A stretch of 52,958 nt of DNA from Girardia tigrina (Eukaryota). Below the pieces are notes generated by a model, which was not told where the DNA came from, made no database searches, and was given only the letters and a program-made list of their open reading frames with translations. The stretch spans positions 10,077 through 63,034 of the forward strand of contig MQRK01227105.1 in the NCBI GenBank assembly GCA_001938485.1, in the 5' to 3' direction. Shown here piece after piece: positions 24,560-38,006 of the stretch. Position 1 is the first letter of the stretch. Every line of letters begins with the position of its first letter. A program made the position numbers and the translations under genes.

Positions 24560-24890
24560 CCGCGCATTTGTTGGAAATAATTTTTTATATTATTTTAAGA
24601 TATTACATCAGCGCTTTGCTTTATTGCAGCCTTTAATTCCTCTCTATTAGTGCTATTGTCGTTTTCAATTGCATTTTTCTATTCAAAGAAAACCTCTTCA
24701 ATTAGGTTTATTTGTGGGCTGTATGGTGGTAAATAGATTATCTCATGGCCACATCATCATTTGCTTCCATGTTTTATGAATTCTGCAGTTATCCATGATG
24801 ATTTTTAAATTATTCATGTTATTTTCCTACATCAATTTCATTAGTTCATTCAGGTAACACACGAAAGCCTCACGATTATAGCACGCCGTT
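24560..24890 (-). mobile_element. Third IS630/Tc1-like transposase fragment
   Basis: GHEIIYLPPYSPQINLIEEVF..REELKAAIK, many stops. Confidence 0.7.
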
Positions 24891-25378
24891 CATCATCAGA
24901 AACCTTGCGTTTTTAATTCGTTTACCGCAATGTCATTTTTCAAATTCCCGATTTCATCTTCCAATTTTGAGGATTTTAACGCCACATCTTTTATTTTTTT
25001 AAAGAGAGTTGAGATAGAAGCCGAGTTCTTGCGACACTCGGTGCAGATTGGCGTTCGGTTCTGCGACACCAGTAAAGGCTGATGTAACATCGTAACATGC
25101 GCTGCAATTAATTATTTATTTCTGAGACACCAGTAAAGGCTGAACTAACATCGTAACATGCGCTGCCACTGTGTTTACAGGGAGTTGTGGTATGTCCTGT
25201 TCCAAATTCATGTCTTCTACTTTCAATTTTCCACTTTCACCTTTCTGAAGTGAACTCTGAGCGACCTCTTTATAGCTCGATCTCGTCTGTTGCTCCGCCT
25301 CGAAAAGTAATATTAAATTAATATATAAATATATATTTATATTTATTTCTTTCGCACCACATTTCCCAGCCTCCTGAA

Positions 25379-25927
25379 GCGAAAGGGAATCAGTTTTACA
25401 TTCCTGAACTTGAATACGGAAATGTGGTTATTTCGGTAACACAAGCGAACCAGAGACGTCATCCAGTGTTTCGTGAAGAGTTCTCTTTTCTTTGTATACA
25501 TACCATGTCCCTAGAATCAGGTTATCTGGAGAAAGGGACGTGAAATGTCAAAAGCACCGCGGTTCTTGTGGTGTCCGAAGCGCCCCTGGTGGCCCTTGAA
25601 AATCTGAGGGAGCAGTTATAAATTTCGTTTCAAGCCGTACCGATATCCGCAGCAGGTCTCCAAGGTGAGCAGTCTATAGTCTTAGAACAATGTAGGTAAG
25701 GGAAGTCGGCAAATTAGATCCGTACCTTCGGTAAAAGGATTGGCTCTAGAGACCGGGTATGATGGGCTTAATCAAGAAGTTGATTGAATTGGAATTGGGC
25801 TGTTTTGATTCTGTTTCTTGGTAACTTGAGATGGAGTTGAAATGGAACTTTTTCGACTTGATTGATGGGCGGGTTAGGCGGATTCATGGTCGTCATTGTA
25901 CAATTATCGGTCAACCTAGAACTGGCA
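25379..25927 (+). rRNA. Isolated 28S (LSU) rRNA fragment, D7-D8 region (pseudogene)
   Basis: CGAAAGGGAATC, GAAGAGTTCTCTTTTCTT, ATATCCGCAGCAGGTCTCCAAGGTGA, GTAGGTAAGGGAAGTCGGCAAATTAGATCCGTA, AGGATTGGCTCTA, AGAACTGG; no other rDNA nearby. Confidence 0.93.
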
Positions 25928-26705
25928 TACAATTTAAAAGTTCAAAATAATTTTTGCGGTAAATCCTTCACGTTTGTTATTTCTTTTTCAAACAAATTTC
26001 TAATCAACATAAAATCACGCTTCCGTTAATCGGTTACTGAGACCGAAATAATACTCATGAATTTATTTATCTTCTAACAAATAATGCTCAAACAAATTCA
26101 TTTCATCTCTTATATTCCAACCTTAAAAATACCGACGCAATTAATTTCATTTTTAATCTTCCATAAAAAATCCTGTGCCAAATAAGTTTCATCTAATTTT
26201 ATTTATTTGTCTTCTAACTAAATATCCTATACCAAAATAAACATAGAATTTTATCAAAGATAAAAACTTATCACTTATTTAATATTAATTAACTTTTTTT
26301 AATAATTTCCACTTTTGTCACAATGCTTTTAGTTACTGTACCCTCTAAAATACAGATTGAGATAAATCGTCGAAATTAATTGTCAATGAAAACAGAATTT
26401 GAAAAAAGATGGAAATTTTTTATTAAAAACAAATAAACGCCATTTAAAAATATATTTCGCGATAATTAGGGCAAATTTTTGTTGCCCTAAAAAACGGAAT
26501 AGTTGCTTTTTCTTTTTGGAAAAGTTGCTTTTATTTGATTATCACTTCAAATGATGCTTTTTGTCTGTATTTTATTCCAAAAATCGTGCATCCAGTGCTA
26601 TAGACATTCATTCCCATTGTAATCACTCGCCCTACCACTACATCAGAAAAGTCCGCAGAAATTGGTAACTCAGAATCGATATTAATTCCAAAAAAAATCA
26701 ATCAA

Positions 26706-27065
26706 TTAAACTGTATTGTAGTACATGATCAAGTACTTTTTAATGTTGTCATCGCGGAATGGACAGTCTTTGCACAAAAGCTTATTCAACATTGAAAAAC
26801 TTCTTTCTACTGACACAGAGGTAGCCTGGCAGCGTTGAAGACACAAGTATTGACTGGAAGAAATATCGTCGCGGGCTAGTGTCGCAATAGCAATGAAATC
26901 TGAATTCTTTTCTAAGCGCTTCCCAATATACTGCTTGATGCTGCAGGAGTCTTCGGCGAAGTCAAGCGACATTAAATCGTTATATGCAGTGATTATGTCG
27001 TATTTTTGCTATTCAGATTTTTCAACAAGAGGAATCAGACATTCATATTCTTTCTTGATTGCCAG
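26706..27065 (-). mobile_element. hAT-family (CGGBP1-like) transposase C-terminal fragment
   Basis: LQRCQATSVSVERSFSMLNKLL..F..DNIKKY dimerisation-region motif. Confidence 0.75.
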
Positions 27066-27109
27066 TATATAACTAATTTCCTAAAATGAATCATAATTAA
27101 AGATTCTAA

Positions 27110-28130
27110 TATTCCGGGAAAAACTAAGTTCTAAAAAACTAAGTATCTAAAAATTGTCCGGGAAATGTCCTAAAATTTCTGTTCTCAGTTTATCCTCCAA
27201 ATGTTCGAAGATGAAACCATAGTATTGATTGATATCCTAAATAAAATTTGGCAATAAACAAATAAAATTTATTTTCAAACATACGTTAGGGGGCCGCTGC
27301 CGTGCTCTTTGATGGCATCTTTTCCAGATGCCTTCTGCTAGCTTTTCTGGCGGAAATTCTCTACTTTGAAAGTTTTTATTCGTTTCTCTAAAAAATTTTT
27401 TTTGAAATTGTCCTTCCTGCAATATTTAATTTTAAATATTATCAATATTGACTTATTTATACCAATTGCGACGGAATTAATGCCGTAAAATCATCCATAA
27501 AATCTTCGTGTTTTGGTTTAATATTTTCCATCTTAATTAATTGAATTAAATTTTATTAAATCAAATTATATGCAAATGAAATTAAATAAAAATAAAATCA
27601 AACATTAAAATGCATGTTTCTCAAACTAAAAACCTAACTCTACAATCCTTATGTAGCCATGTATGTTAGCTCACTGCAATTCGATATTAGTAGTGCAACC
27701 GGAAATATAGGGGTTCCCGTTCAAATGAATAAGTGTTGCAATTTCAAATCAATAAAAAAATACTCATGACACATGGAACTTAAAAATAATTATTGTTTTT
27801 TTATTTGTATCTTAATAATGATCTAATTAAATCTGCAAATTAAATTTATTATTTTCGTATAGTTATTTATTGATTATGGATTGACTTACAGATTGTTCAT
27901 TTCGTAAAAGGATATAGAATATAGAAAATAGAAAAAAAATTAAAAATGCTAACTCGTTTAACGAATAATGACACTTACCGGAAAACATGCAGTAAAAAAA
28001 TATCGATTTCATTCACTATTTCAAAAAGTGAATTTATTCAGATTGTACGTTAATTTACGATTTGATAAAGATAACATTTTTAAATCACTGATATTAAAAT
28101 TATTTGAAATACGAGTTTGCGTGATTTTTT
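27110..28130. repeat. ~1-kb direct duplication, copy 1 (copy 2 at ~28710-29705, offset 1575)
   Basis: Near-identical from ~27215 onward; divergent in the first ~100 bp. Confidence 0.92.
27147..27531 (-). CDS. Predicted 3-exon orphan gene, 96 aa (exons 27531-27463, 27416-27285, 27236-27147)
   Basis: Two phase-0 GT-AG introns of 46 and 48 nt join MENIKPKHEDFMDDFTALIPSQL / EGQF...RPPN / DINQYYGFIFEHLEDKLRTEILGHFPDNF*. Confidence 0.65.
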
Positions 28131-28189
28131 ACATTAAAAAAAGAATATATTTACGAAATTTAAATTCTTAATTTAAAATTCTTAAATTA

Positions 28190-28521
28190 GTTGAGAGTGC
28201 TGTTTGAACATTGATTTTCGCTTCACATGATCTTATCAACAATGCTTCACATGACTCTCTCTCCCAATAATTTAATCATTTATGCGTTTTTTATGTTCAG
28301 CAATATTACTCTTTCCCCCTTTTTGACTGTCTTCTTGGACTCTTGCAGAGATGACGGGCAGTCTCTCCGATGTATGTGACATTGCACCCATTACATGTGT
28401 ATTGATAAACAATGTCCGAACACAATCCTAAAGGAGAATGTGATTTATTGTAAAACATATTCTCAACTTTAAATGATTGAGAAATAATTTTTAAATGTAA
28501 AATATTATTTGTTGATTTCAA
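28190..28521 (-). mobile_element. Penelope-like GIY-YIG endonuclease remnant
   Basis: IVYQYTCNGCNVTYIGETARHL ... EALLIRSCEAKINVQ. Confidence 0.8.
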
Positions 28522-28724
28522 GATTGAATTCGTGATTTTTTTTACGGATATTCATAATAAATTTTATATTCATAAAATTTTTATATAATAAAATTATATA
28601 TATCATAAACATTTTATATCATAAAAAACAAGACATTTTTAGAAAATTTTATTTTTCTAAATTTTTTCCCGGATATAACTAATTTATTAATCCCTAATTA
28701 AAGAATCTAGTTATCCGGGAAAAA

Positions 28725-29106
28725 CTAAGTTCCCGGGAAATATCCTAAAATTTCGACTTTCAGTTTAGCCTCCAAATGTCTGAAGACTACACCATAGTAT
28801 CGATTGATATCCTAAATAAAATTTGGCAATAAACAAATAAAATTTATTTTCAAACATACGTTAGGGGGCCGCTGCCGTGCTCTTTGATGGCATCTTTTCC
28901 AGATGCCTTCTGCTAGCTTTTCTGGCGGAAATTCTCTACTTTGAAAGTTTTTATTCGTTTCTCTAAAAAATTTTTTTTGAAATTGTCCTTCCTGCAATAT
29001 TTAATTTTAAATATTATCAATATTGACTTATTTATACCAATTGCGACGGAATTAATGCCGTAAAATCATCCATAAAATCTTCGTGTTTTGGTTTAATATT
29101 TTCCAT
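28725..29106 (-). CDS. Second copy of the 3-exon orphan gene, 95 aa (exons 29106-29038, 28991-28860, 28811-28725)
   Basis: Exons 1-2 and introns match copy 1; exon 3 DINRYYGVVFRHLEAKLKVEILGYFPGT*. Confidence 0.65.
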
Positions 29107-29700
29107 CTTAATTAATTGAATTAAATTTTATTAAATCAAATTATATGCAAATGAAATTAAATAAAAATAAAATCAAACATTAAAATGCATGTTTCTCAAA
29201 CTAAAAACCTAACTCTACAATCCTTATGTAGCCATGTATGTTAGCTCACTGCAATTCGATATTAGTAGTGCAACCGGAAATATAGGGGTTCCCGTTCAAA
29301 TGAATAAGTGTTGCAATTTCAAATCAATAAAAAAATACTCATGACACATGGAACTTAAAAATAATTATTGTTTTTTTATTTGTATCTTAATAATGATCTA
29401 ATTAAATCTGCAAATTAAATTTATTATTTTCGTATAGTTATTTATTGATTATGGATTGACTTACAGATTGTTAATTTCGTAAAAGGATATAGAATATAGA
29501 AAATAGAAAAAAATTAAAAATGCTAACTCGTTTAACGAATAATGACACTTACCGGAAAACATGCAGTAAAAAAATATCGGTTTCTTTCACTATTTCAAAA
29601 AGTGAATTTATTCAGATTGTACGTTAATTTACGATTTGATAAAGATAGCATTTTTTAAATCACTGATATTAAAATTATTTGAAATACGAGTTTGCGTGAT

Positions 29701-30943
29701 TTTTTTCATGGAACTAAATAACTTTATTTTGTAATGTGTAGCCCATTTTTAACAATGACCCTTTGCCATCTTTCAGGCAGCATCATAATCCCACGTTCAT
29801 AAAACTTCCTGTCTTTATTAGCAAAAAACTGAATTAGGTACGATTTGATATCATTATGGAAGTTTTTATCATTCAATGAGTTTTGTAAAGATCGAAACAA
29901 AAAGTAATCAGATGGTGCAAGGTCAGGACTATATAGTGGAAGTGGCAAAATATCCCAACCAAGCTCCAGTAATTTTTTCCGAGTGACTAAAGATGTGTGT
30001 GGCCTTGAATTGTCATGATGGAAGGCAACACCTTTTGGATTTGTCAATTCTGGCCGCTTCTCCTCAACTGCTTTGTTTAATTTCGTTAGTTGTTCAATGT
30101 AGATATCAGAATTGATCGTTAGGTTTGGTGGTAAGAGTTCAAAGCAGTCAATTCCTTTGTAATCCACCAAACGGGTAGGACAACCTTCTTTTGATGAATG
30201 TCAACTTTGGATGTTGTTTGAGTTGGTTCACCTGGCCTGCTCCACGATCTTTTCCGCTTGATATTGTTGTAAACAATCCATTTTTCATTATCAGTCGTTT
30301 TAAAAATGGATCACTTTCATTACGTTTCTTTAGCAAATCGCAGCTGTAAATGCGTTGTGTTAAATGCATTTCTTTCAGTTCGTGAGACACATGAGATCGC
30401 AGAGAAGCTTAATGTATCGCATACATGCATTGAAAATCACTTAAAACAACTTGGCTATGTTCAAAAACTCGATACATGGGTGTCTCACGAACTGAAAGAA
30501 ATGTGACGATTTACTGTGACGATCCGAATCGATTATTGTTTTGATTAAGATTTCATCAACTTCAAATGGACGACCATGGCGATTTTCATCTTTGATTGAA
30601 AAATCATCAGAACAAAATTTGGCAAACCAATTTTTGCAATGTAATACTTATAAGGCTTCGTCACCATTAACAGCACATAACTTTTAATAAGCTTGCGATG
30701 TGTTTTTCACTTTGCGGAAATAAAAAAAATGACTAAAATGTTCCTTTTGATTTTCTATTTTTCAACGAAGGTCAAACGAAAACTATGCAACTGATAAAAA
30801 AAACTTTCTTTTCTGATTGACAGCTGAATTGCCAACTATCAAAGAACATAATGTGTTTTACATTTGTACTAAGTCTACAAACCTAAAAATTTAACTGAAT
30901 TCATCTATGAGTGAAATCCGCAATTACTTGGTAGCCAACCCAA
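29701..30943 (-). mobile_element. mariner (DD34D, mellifera-subfamily-like) element, decayed, 3' TIR missing
   Basis: TA|TTGGGTTGGCTACCAAGTAATTGCGG TIR; WVSHEL, HHDNSRPH, YSPDLAPSDYFLF; frameshifts and an internal inversion. Confidence 0.92.
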
Positions 30944-31428
30944 TACGTATTCATTTAGTTGCAAAACTTAATCATTTGAACAGGAACCCCTATAAATTAG
31001 AAATTCTAACAAAATCGAGTTTTCCAATTTTTCGAGACTTTTATATATAGTTCGAATTAAAAATGTAAAAGTGGTTGTGTGTAAAGAACCTTCTTAAAGA
31101 ATTTCAAGTTGCTATTTCAATTATCAAGTGTAAAATAAAGCTTTGAAATATAAAAACACACATCACATTTAACTTTTGAATTCATGTCAATTATAATAAA
31201 TGTAACAAAATCGATCAAATTATTTTATTCTACTAAATTTTTATTTGTACGTTGTGAGGATTGTTTGTGAATGATGTATTGCATGATGAAATGTATCGAG
31301 ATTAGTGTATTGTCTCTCAAAACATAATTGTCAATTGTTAAGTAATTAAAATTAAATAATAAAAACGGACTAAAAATTTGTTTTATTATCAAGGTTTTGG
31401 CAGTTATTTTAAATTTATTGTCACGAAG

Positions 31429-31740
31429 ATGGAGAAGAAAATTGCGAAGTCTTTAGTACTAAATAAATTGTCTGAAAAATGTCTTCCGTCTACTCTTAAC
31501 ATACGTGTTAAATTTTCAGTAGACACGTAGACACTTTACCATATAAACAGACACATCAAAAGGGACCATTCTGTGTCTGCTTTCACTAACCCTGATCAAC
31601 CCAACGTGAAAATTACACAACAAAAATTACCATTCCAATGTACACTGTGTAAAAAGTCATACAAATCAAAGTGGAGGCTGATTAGGCACCTCACACAGGA
31701 TCATAAATTAGAGGAAAATAATAAAATCTCCTTAAATTAG
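31429..31740 (+). pseudogene. C2H2 zinc-finger coding remnant (one in-frame stop)
   Basis: ..HINRHIKRDH and PFQCTLCKKSYKSKWRLIRHLTQDH. Confidence 0.65.
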
Positions 31741-32184
31741 TAAAACTTCAACACAGAATTCGAAGCAATAAATAATAAATTATAATAATTACGAATTAAA
31801 AATTAAAACAGAAACTTTCAAAGATGAAAATTCAGCTCCCCGTCAAATATGATGGGTCTTTTTATAGTTTAAAATATTTATAAATTACTGAAATGACTCA
31901 GTTGTTTGTAAATTTCTTTGCCAAATTGATTCCATTTTTAGACAGGCCGTTACTTGGCCTGCCGGCGCTTCTCGCGTTCGTATTTCTTGAAGGCTTTTCC
32001 CTTGACGTTGACTTCCGTCTGTGAGTCTTCGATATTTCACCATTTCTATTCTTATTCTTTGTGCCAATCCTTCTACTCTCTTAAACAGCTCCTTTCGGGT
32101 TAGAAGCGGCACAAGTACCGTTTCGTTGTTTGTCTTCTCGTGATAAATGTTCATTCTATTCAACAACAATTTTATCATAGTTAT

Positions 32185-32879
32185 TGTTAGGGTTCCAAAA
32201 TATTATTTAAAATTTTTAATCAAAAAATCTAGTAAAAATTAATTGCAAATAATTCTTTTGTTAAAAGGAAAAATCAATAATTTTCAATTTACATTATTTT
32301 AATAAAATTAGTAGAATAATTATGGATATTTTGTGATTTCTTTTAGTTATTCTATTTTCAAGGTTAGAAAAAGTTAGTATATAAACAACAACGAATTCAG
32401 TCATAATCATAACAATAATTTCATATAACAAACTTTAAAAGAAGATTCCATGTAGAGTAAATTTATTTAAATTTTGTCCTTTTTATTTTTTTATCTTGAA
32501 GTTGAACTCAGTATCCTGTATAGGAGAATAAGATTTCATTTAATTTTGGGAGTCTAACGGTTATCGTTCGTTTAGAGGATTTATAGTTTCGATATTAACA
32601 AACTGTGATCTGATAAACTCGCATCGATTGTCCGTTTGTGAATATGTTTATTGATGCTATTGATTTGAACAATATAAAGCTGTGTGGTATTTTGTGTTGT
32701 TGAAAAATAAAGTTTTATAAAAGAATTTGCGTTCATTCATTTATATATTTATGTTGGAAGTCCTTATTGATTAATTGGAGTCAGATTTGCAATTAAAGTT
32801 TAAAGAGTAAAAATTAAAGATTAAAAATTTGTGTTTCTAAGAAGTAAATATTTCAGATTAAAGATTTTAATACCCAACA
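32185..32879 (+). mobile_element. Solo LTR (695 bp)
   Basis: TGTTAGGG...CCCAACA, TSD TTAT, TATA-like AGTATATAA and AATAAA; homologous to 39963-41378. Confidence 0.85.
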
Positions 32880-33823
32880 TTATTCTTAAAGTGATACCAG
32901 AAAAAAATAAAAATAAGGACTACAAATTTATACAATGTTAAAAGTTATATTATTATTAAAACACGAAACATTAAAACATCAAATATTAAAATGAATTTTG
33001 TCTGCGAATTTCTGAGTCTTCGCTGATCTGACACGAGGGATTTTTGTATTAGTCTCAAACACTCTGTCTACTCTTTATGTCCCAACTAATTTCATGAGTT
33101 AGTCGGAGCACAGATTGCCATCTCCTCTCGATTGCAACGCTCACCTTAACTCTTCTCGGTTCAGATCCTTGTTTCATTAATTTATTTACTCACCCATTGT
33201 TAAACGCGCATTGGGATTGCACGTGGTTTTTGTACAATTGCTTGTCGTTGAGTCATATTAAGATTTCTTCTGCTTTTGTCTTGGATTAATGGCAACGAGA
33301 CACCCACAATTTCGATGTCTTCTTGTTCATGACTCATCTAATATCAATGATTAACTTCCACAAATTAAAATTATTTACAATGTCATAATTAGATACAAAT
33401 AGAGGATATATACATTTACTACAAAACTTTTCTTAATGTAATTTACAATAAATAAATAAATAGTATAATAAATTAAGTTGGTACGAACAAGCAACGCAGT
33501 CTTCGATTAAAGTGGATTAAATTCAGAATTATATATTTTCTTTGAACAGAATTATTCAAACCACAATTCAATTAATTATACCCAGCATTAAACGTATAAA
33601 CCACCAACATTTACTATAAAATTTTAAATAAAATTATAAATAAATAACATAAATAATAAAATTCACAAGACAAAAAATAAAAACACAATAAATCAATAAT
33701 ATTTACACTTCATAATATAACATCAATATATTAATTTTTAATAATGAATTAATATTTTTTACATTATTTTTTAAGCTAATCATGGATAAAAGAAGTTATC
33801 ATTTTAAAATTTTGAAATAAATT

Positions 33824-36730
33824 TGTTGCGGTCGAGAAATCAAATAAATGTATAGTATAAAATACATATAGTTGTAAATAAGAAGAAAGAGGATATAAAA
33901 AAGAAAGACCCATGAGACTAATACATTTATTTGGGGATCATTATTAACACAAAAGGTGGGTCCCAGGATCGTCTTTGATCATCCATGTCGGAGAGGCAAC
34001 ATTATAATACAACTAAAAACAATAGATTAGGAAATTCAAACAAGTGAAATAAAAACATACCGGATGAGAAGAACCAAATAATATAGTATATATCTGGAAT
34101 TGAACTGTCGAACCCCGAAAACGCTGAGAAAGGAGTTAATTGCTTTAAAAAGAAAACAATTAATTAAAGGGATCAAAATTAATTAAATCACCTTTTGGAC
34201 GACCCATTGTGCGTAGAAGGCCAGCCGACCCTCCACGCGTAGCCCTCGGCGAGGCCGATCCTTGAGCGCCGCCCGTAGAATCGCAGTACCTTATTGGGAA
34301 AAGATATAACCCTGCAAAGAATCAAAAATTAATAGACAAATAACAAAGACTAATTAAAAAATTACTGTGACTCAGGCCGCAATCTAAAAATAAATCCATA
34401 TGACCTGAATTGACCGCATACAGACTTCGACAGCGATGACGTTGAATGGCACACGATCTCCAAAACCTATAATAAAAATAAAATTTTAGAATTTCAAAAA
34501 TTTATTCAAAGGCACACTCACTTGGCCATCCAGCCAGCAACGACAAAAATCTAGACGGCCGGCTGATTGGTTGAAGCAAGAATCCAGGGTGTCCTTCCAA
34601 ACCTATAAATACAAGAAACATATAATCATTATTGCACAAAAAATTTATCGCAAAATTTCTATCGCACAAATTCTACAAACGCTAATTTGAAGCACAGTTG
34701 AACACTAATCAGAAGAGTGATAATTACGAATCGAAGGAAACAAAGTCCTATAAAGCAAAGAGGAACTCCGCCAGAGACCATATTTCCGAGGAGAATAGAA
34801 AGAGATACGACACAGTAACCGACAAGAAGAATCGATCGACCGAAACATTCCAACCGATCTCGAGCCGTAATAAAAATGTAATTTAAGTGGAGTTATTACT
34901 TATTTTTTTTTATATTTTTATATTTATATTTATATATGTATTGAAATTAATCAGCTTATTCGTTTATTTATTTATTTTGTTATTCAATAATTAATTAGAA
35001 AGAATGCAAATTACCTCTAAGTTTCTAAGCAGTAGCACCGTCGTCCCGCCGTCGTCCCTCGTCAGTTATGTCGAGGGTCGAACCCTCGCTAAGTGCGGTG
35101 TTAGAGGACGCGAGAGACCCAATCATCCTCATCATAGTCAGCGTAAGATCAATAAAAGAGTCTGAATTTTATAGCAGTCGCCGCATCGACTCGTTCCTTG
35201 ACGAGGTGGGGCCGCCAGTGCGCTCCTATCGGACGCGATAGTCCGAAGGGACACCGATTCGCGTCGAGCGAGAAGATCCATCATAATTTATTTTCTTGTT
35301 GCGATAAACATGCCCAATTGATATATTTAAACAAAATAAACTTTTACTATTTCGATAATTCTAAATTAATGATTTCCGTTGCAAATTAATTTTGTTGATT
35401 CCGAGAATTAATTCATAAATTTTATACGTTCTAAATTAGAAAAAAAATTTCATTTAAAGTTAATAATTATTTCTAAGAATTAAGTCGAGGCGAGATCAAT
35501 TTAGAAATAAACTAAATTTGATCACGAATTTTAGTTAATAAATGTTAGCGATCTATAACTAATAAACGAGTCTTAACGATTTTAATGATTTACGATTTAA
35601 TATATAAATGATATTTGATCGAATTTATGATTTAAAATATTTTCTAACGAGTTACGAATCAGTGTGAAAATGAATTTGATTTATATCGATAATTAAGTTA
35701 AAGTTAAATTTTTTAGATAGATAAATGAACGCAATCCGAATTTATTTAACGAAATTTTACTTGATGAATATTTTAAGAATTGAGTTAGCAGATGAAGTAA
35801 ATATCGGATCGCTGTAGAGATTTTAATCAGCATTATTTATGGAGTTATAAGTTAAATTTATTTGCAGGCGAAAGCTACTCTAACTTTCAATTTTATATTA
35901 CGCTGCTACTTCGAATGGTAATAATTTTATTACGATACCGACAAATTTTGTTTTGAATTATTTCCGACTTTTATATTTTAGTAAGACTATTATGATGATT
36001 CCGATAATTTAGTTCTAATACTGATAATTATAAGTCATTCACCTTCCGAAGTGGATAATTTAAGTAGACTTAGGCATCGCGCCGCTAAATAGTCGAGTAA
36101 CGACGTAGTGTTGATTATACGATGGCTAAAACGAAGTCTGACGAATGACTCTCGAGACGAATAGCTAAGCTGAGAAAACATTGATTTCCATCTGATGTTG
36201 ATACTTGTCCTTGCAACGCCAGTAACGATTCGAGATGATAAATCTTGAAGAAGGGCTATATAGGACATAACAATGCCGCAAGTTTAATCCTACATCACAG
36301 TGCAGTAAGTTTACAAATATACGTAACAGTGCCTCAAGTTTCCGAAACATAGACACACAGCAGTATAGCGAGTTTCATGTTATACATAACAATACCGTAA
36401 GCCTCATGTTACACAAAGACAGAGTACAAATCATCCCCGAGCGACACTCCGCTAGGTGGGGGGCCCGTAGCCCATTCCATCTTTATCCGAACCCACAGGC
36501 CCTTCAGACTCGGCACTGTCAGGCAGATGTCGAGCGAGAAGAGGCGTCCGACCCATAAATGAATAAGTTTTAAAGTGGTTTGTATAAGTTGAGAGATAGA
36601 GATAAGTAGTTTAATAATTAAGGGAATGAGTTATAAAATGTTAAAAACCGAAACTGGGTTGTGACTAACCTTTAATAGTCACTGGGGGCTCTGAGCAATC
36701 AAAACTGTCGTAAACAATAGGGTCGTGACA
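33824..36730 (-). mobile_element. Long (2907 bp) solo-LTR-like element, copy 2
   Basis: Reverse complement has TGTCACGAC...CCGCAACA termini; TSD AATT; colinear with 1502-5036. Confidence 0.85.
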
Positions 36731-36991
36731 AATTGTTTAAACGGAAAACAGCTCATTTTTTCACAAAGAAAATTTTGATAACAATTTTTGAAATCCTAAT
36801 TATTAATTATTATTAGCAATTAATTTCAGTTTCGGAGAAAATTGTAATTCAAACCATTTTCCTTAGTCATTAGTTGGGATCGTAATATCTCGATTTAAAT
36901 CGAGAGTAAGTATACATGAGTCGACGTCTACAACTCTAGAAATTTATGAAATCATATATTAATTATGAAATTACAACTTATACTTACTTAT

Positions 36992-38006
36992 AGATACTTA
37001 TTCAAAATCGGAGGAATAAGGAATACTTCTTTCTTCCAAAAATCAAGATAAGGGTCATCTGTATTAGTTGATAAATAAAAATTACTTCTCGAAAAAAGAG
37101 TTACTTAAATCTATTGATAACATAAGGAATACTATTCGTACCAACATGACATCATAATTGGCACCTTTGGATAATTGGTTTTCATCGATATTATATTCTT
37201 GTCCTATTGGACCTACAAAATTGTCGATTGAACACAATCGACCATGAGTGACGATAATTACTCATGATGTCAGATATTTTCAATCGTCCTGCAATGTTCC
37301 TTTTTACAATAACCATTTGCTTATTGTTTATATTATAAACAAGTTTATTGGTATAATCTGTGTTGTTATCCAATCGATTGAAGGTTACAGGTTTATTTCC
37401 ATTTAAATCATATTGCATCCATTTATAGAAACTAAGTGGAAAATAATGGGGTGTATTTGCAATATTATATAACATAGAAATGATAACCGAAATGGGTGCT
37501 GATGAATACCATTCAGATGTTAAAGGCACTGCCTTTGTCATGTATAAATGTTTTACTCTTTCTATTTGGGCGTCTTTGTGTTTTTGAATCTCATATACTC
37601 TTCTGTTATCCTTATTTATATATTAATTATAATATATTAATTATAAAATTAAAACTACCGATTGAGATACTTATTCAAAACTGGAGAAATAGGGAATACT
37701 TCTTTCTTCCAAAAATCAAGATAACGGTCATCTGTATTAGTTGATAAATAAAAATTACTTCTCGAAAAAAGAGTTACTTAAATCTGTTGATAACATAAGG
37801 AATACTATTCGTATCAACATGGCATCATAATTGGCACCTTTAAATAATTGGTTTTAATCGATATTATATTCTTGTTCTAATGGACCTATAAAATTGTCGA
37901 TTGAACATAGTCAGACATGAGTGACGATAAGTACTCATGATGTCAGATATTTTTGTTTGTCCTATAATTTTCCTTTTTACAATAACCATCTTTTTATTGT
38001 ATATAT
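36992..38006 (-). repeat. Tandem duplication (period ~673 bp) of a decayed coding-like unit; second unit resumes at 42158 after an insertion
   Basis: 36992-37340 matches 37665-38006; ORF 37191-37541; TATAAACAA continues at 42162. Confidence 0.75.

Noticed and set aside
24896-25310. Short ORF with CTEC and a ~40-bp duplication as LINE ORF1
   Set aside because: Only two cysteines and no adjacent ORF2.
31885-33340. 97-aa ORF and upstream coding-like pieces either side of the solo LTR
   Set aside because: No recognisable family; frames broken.
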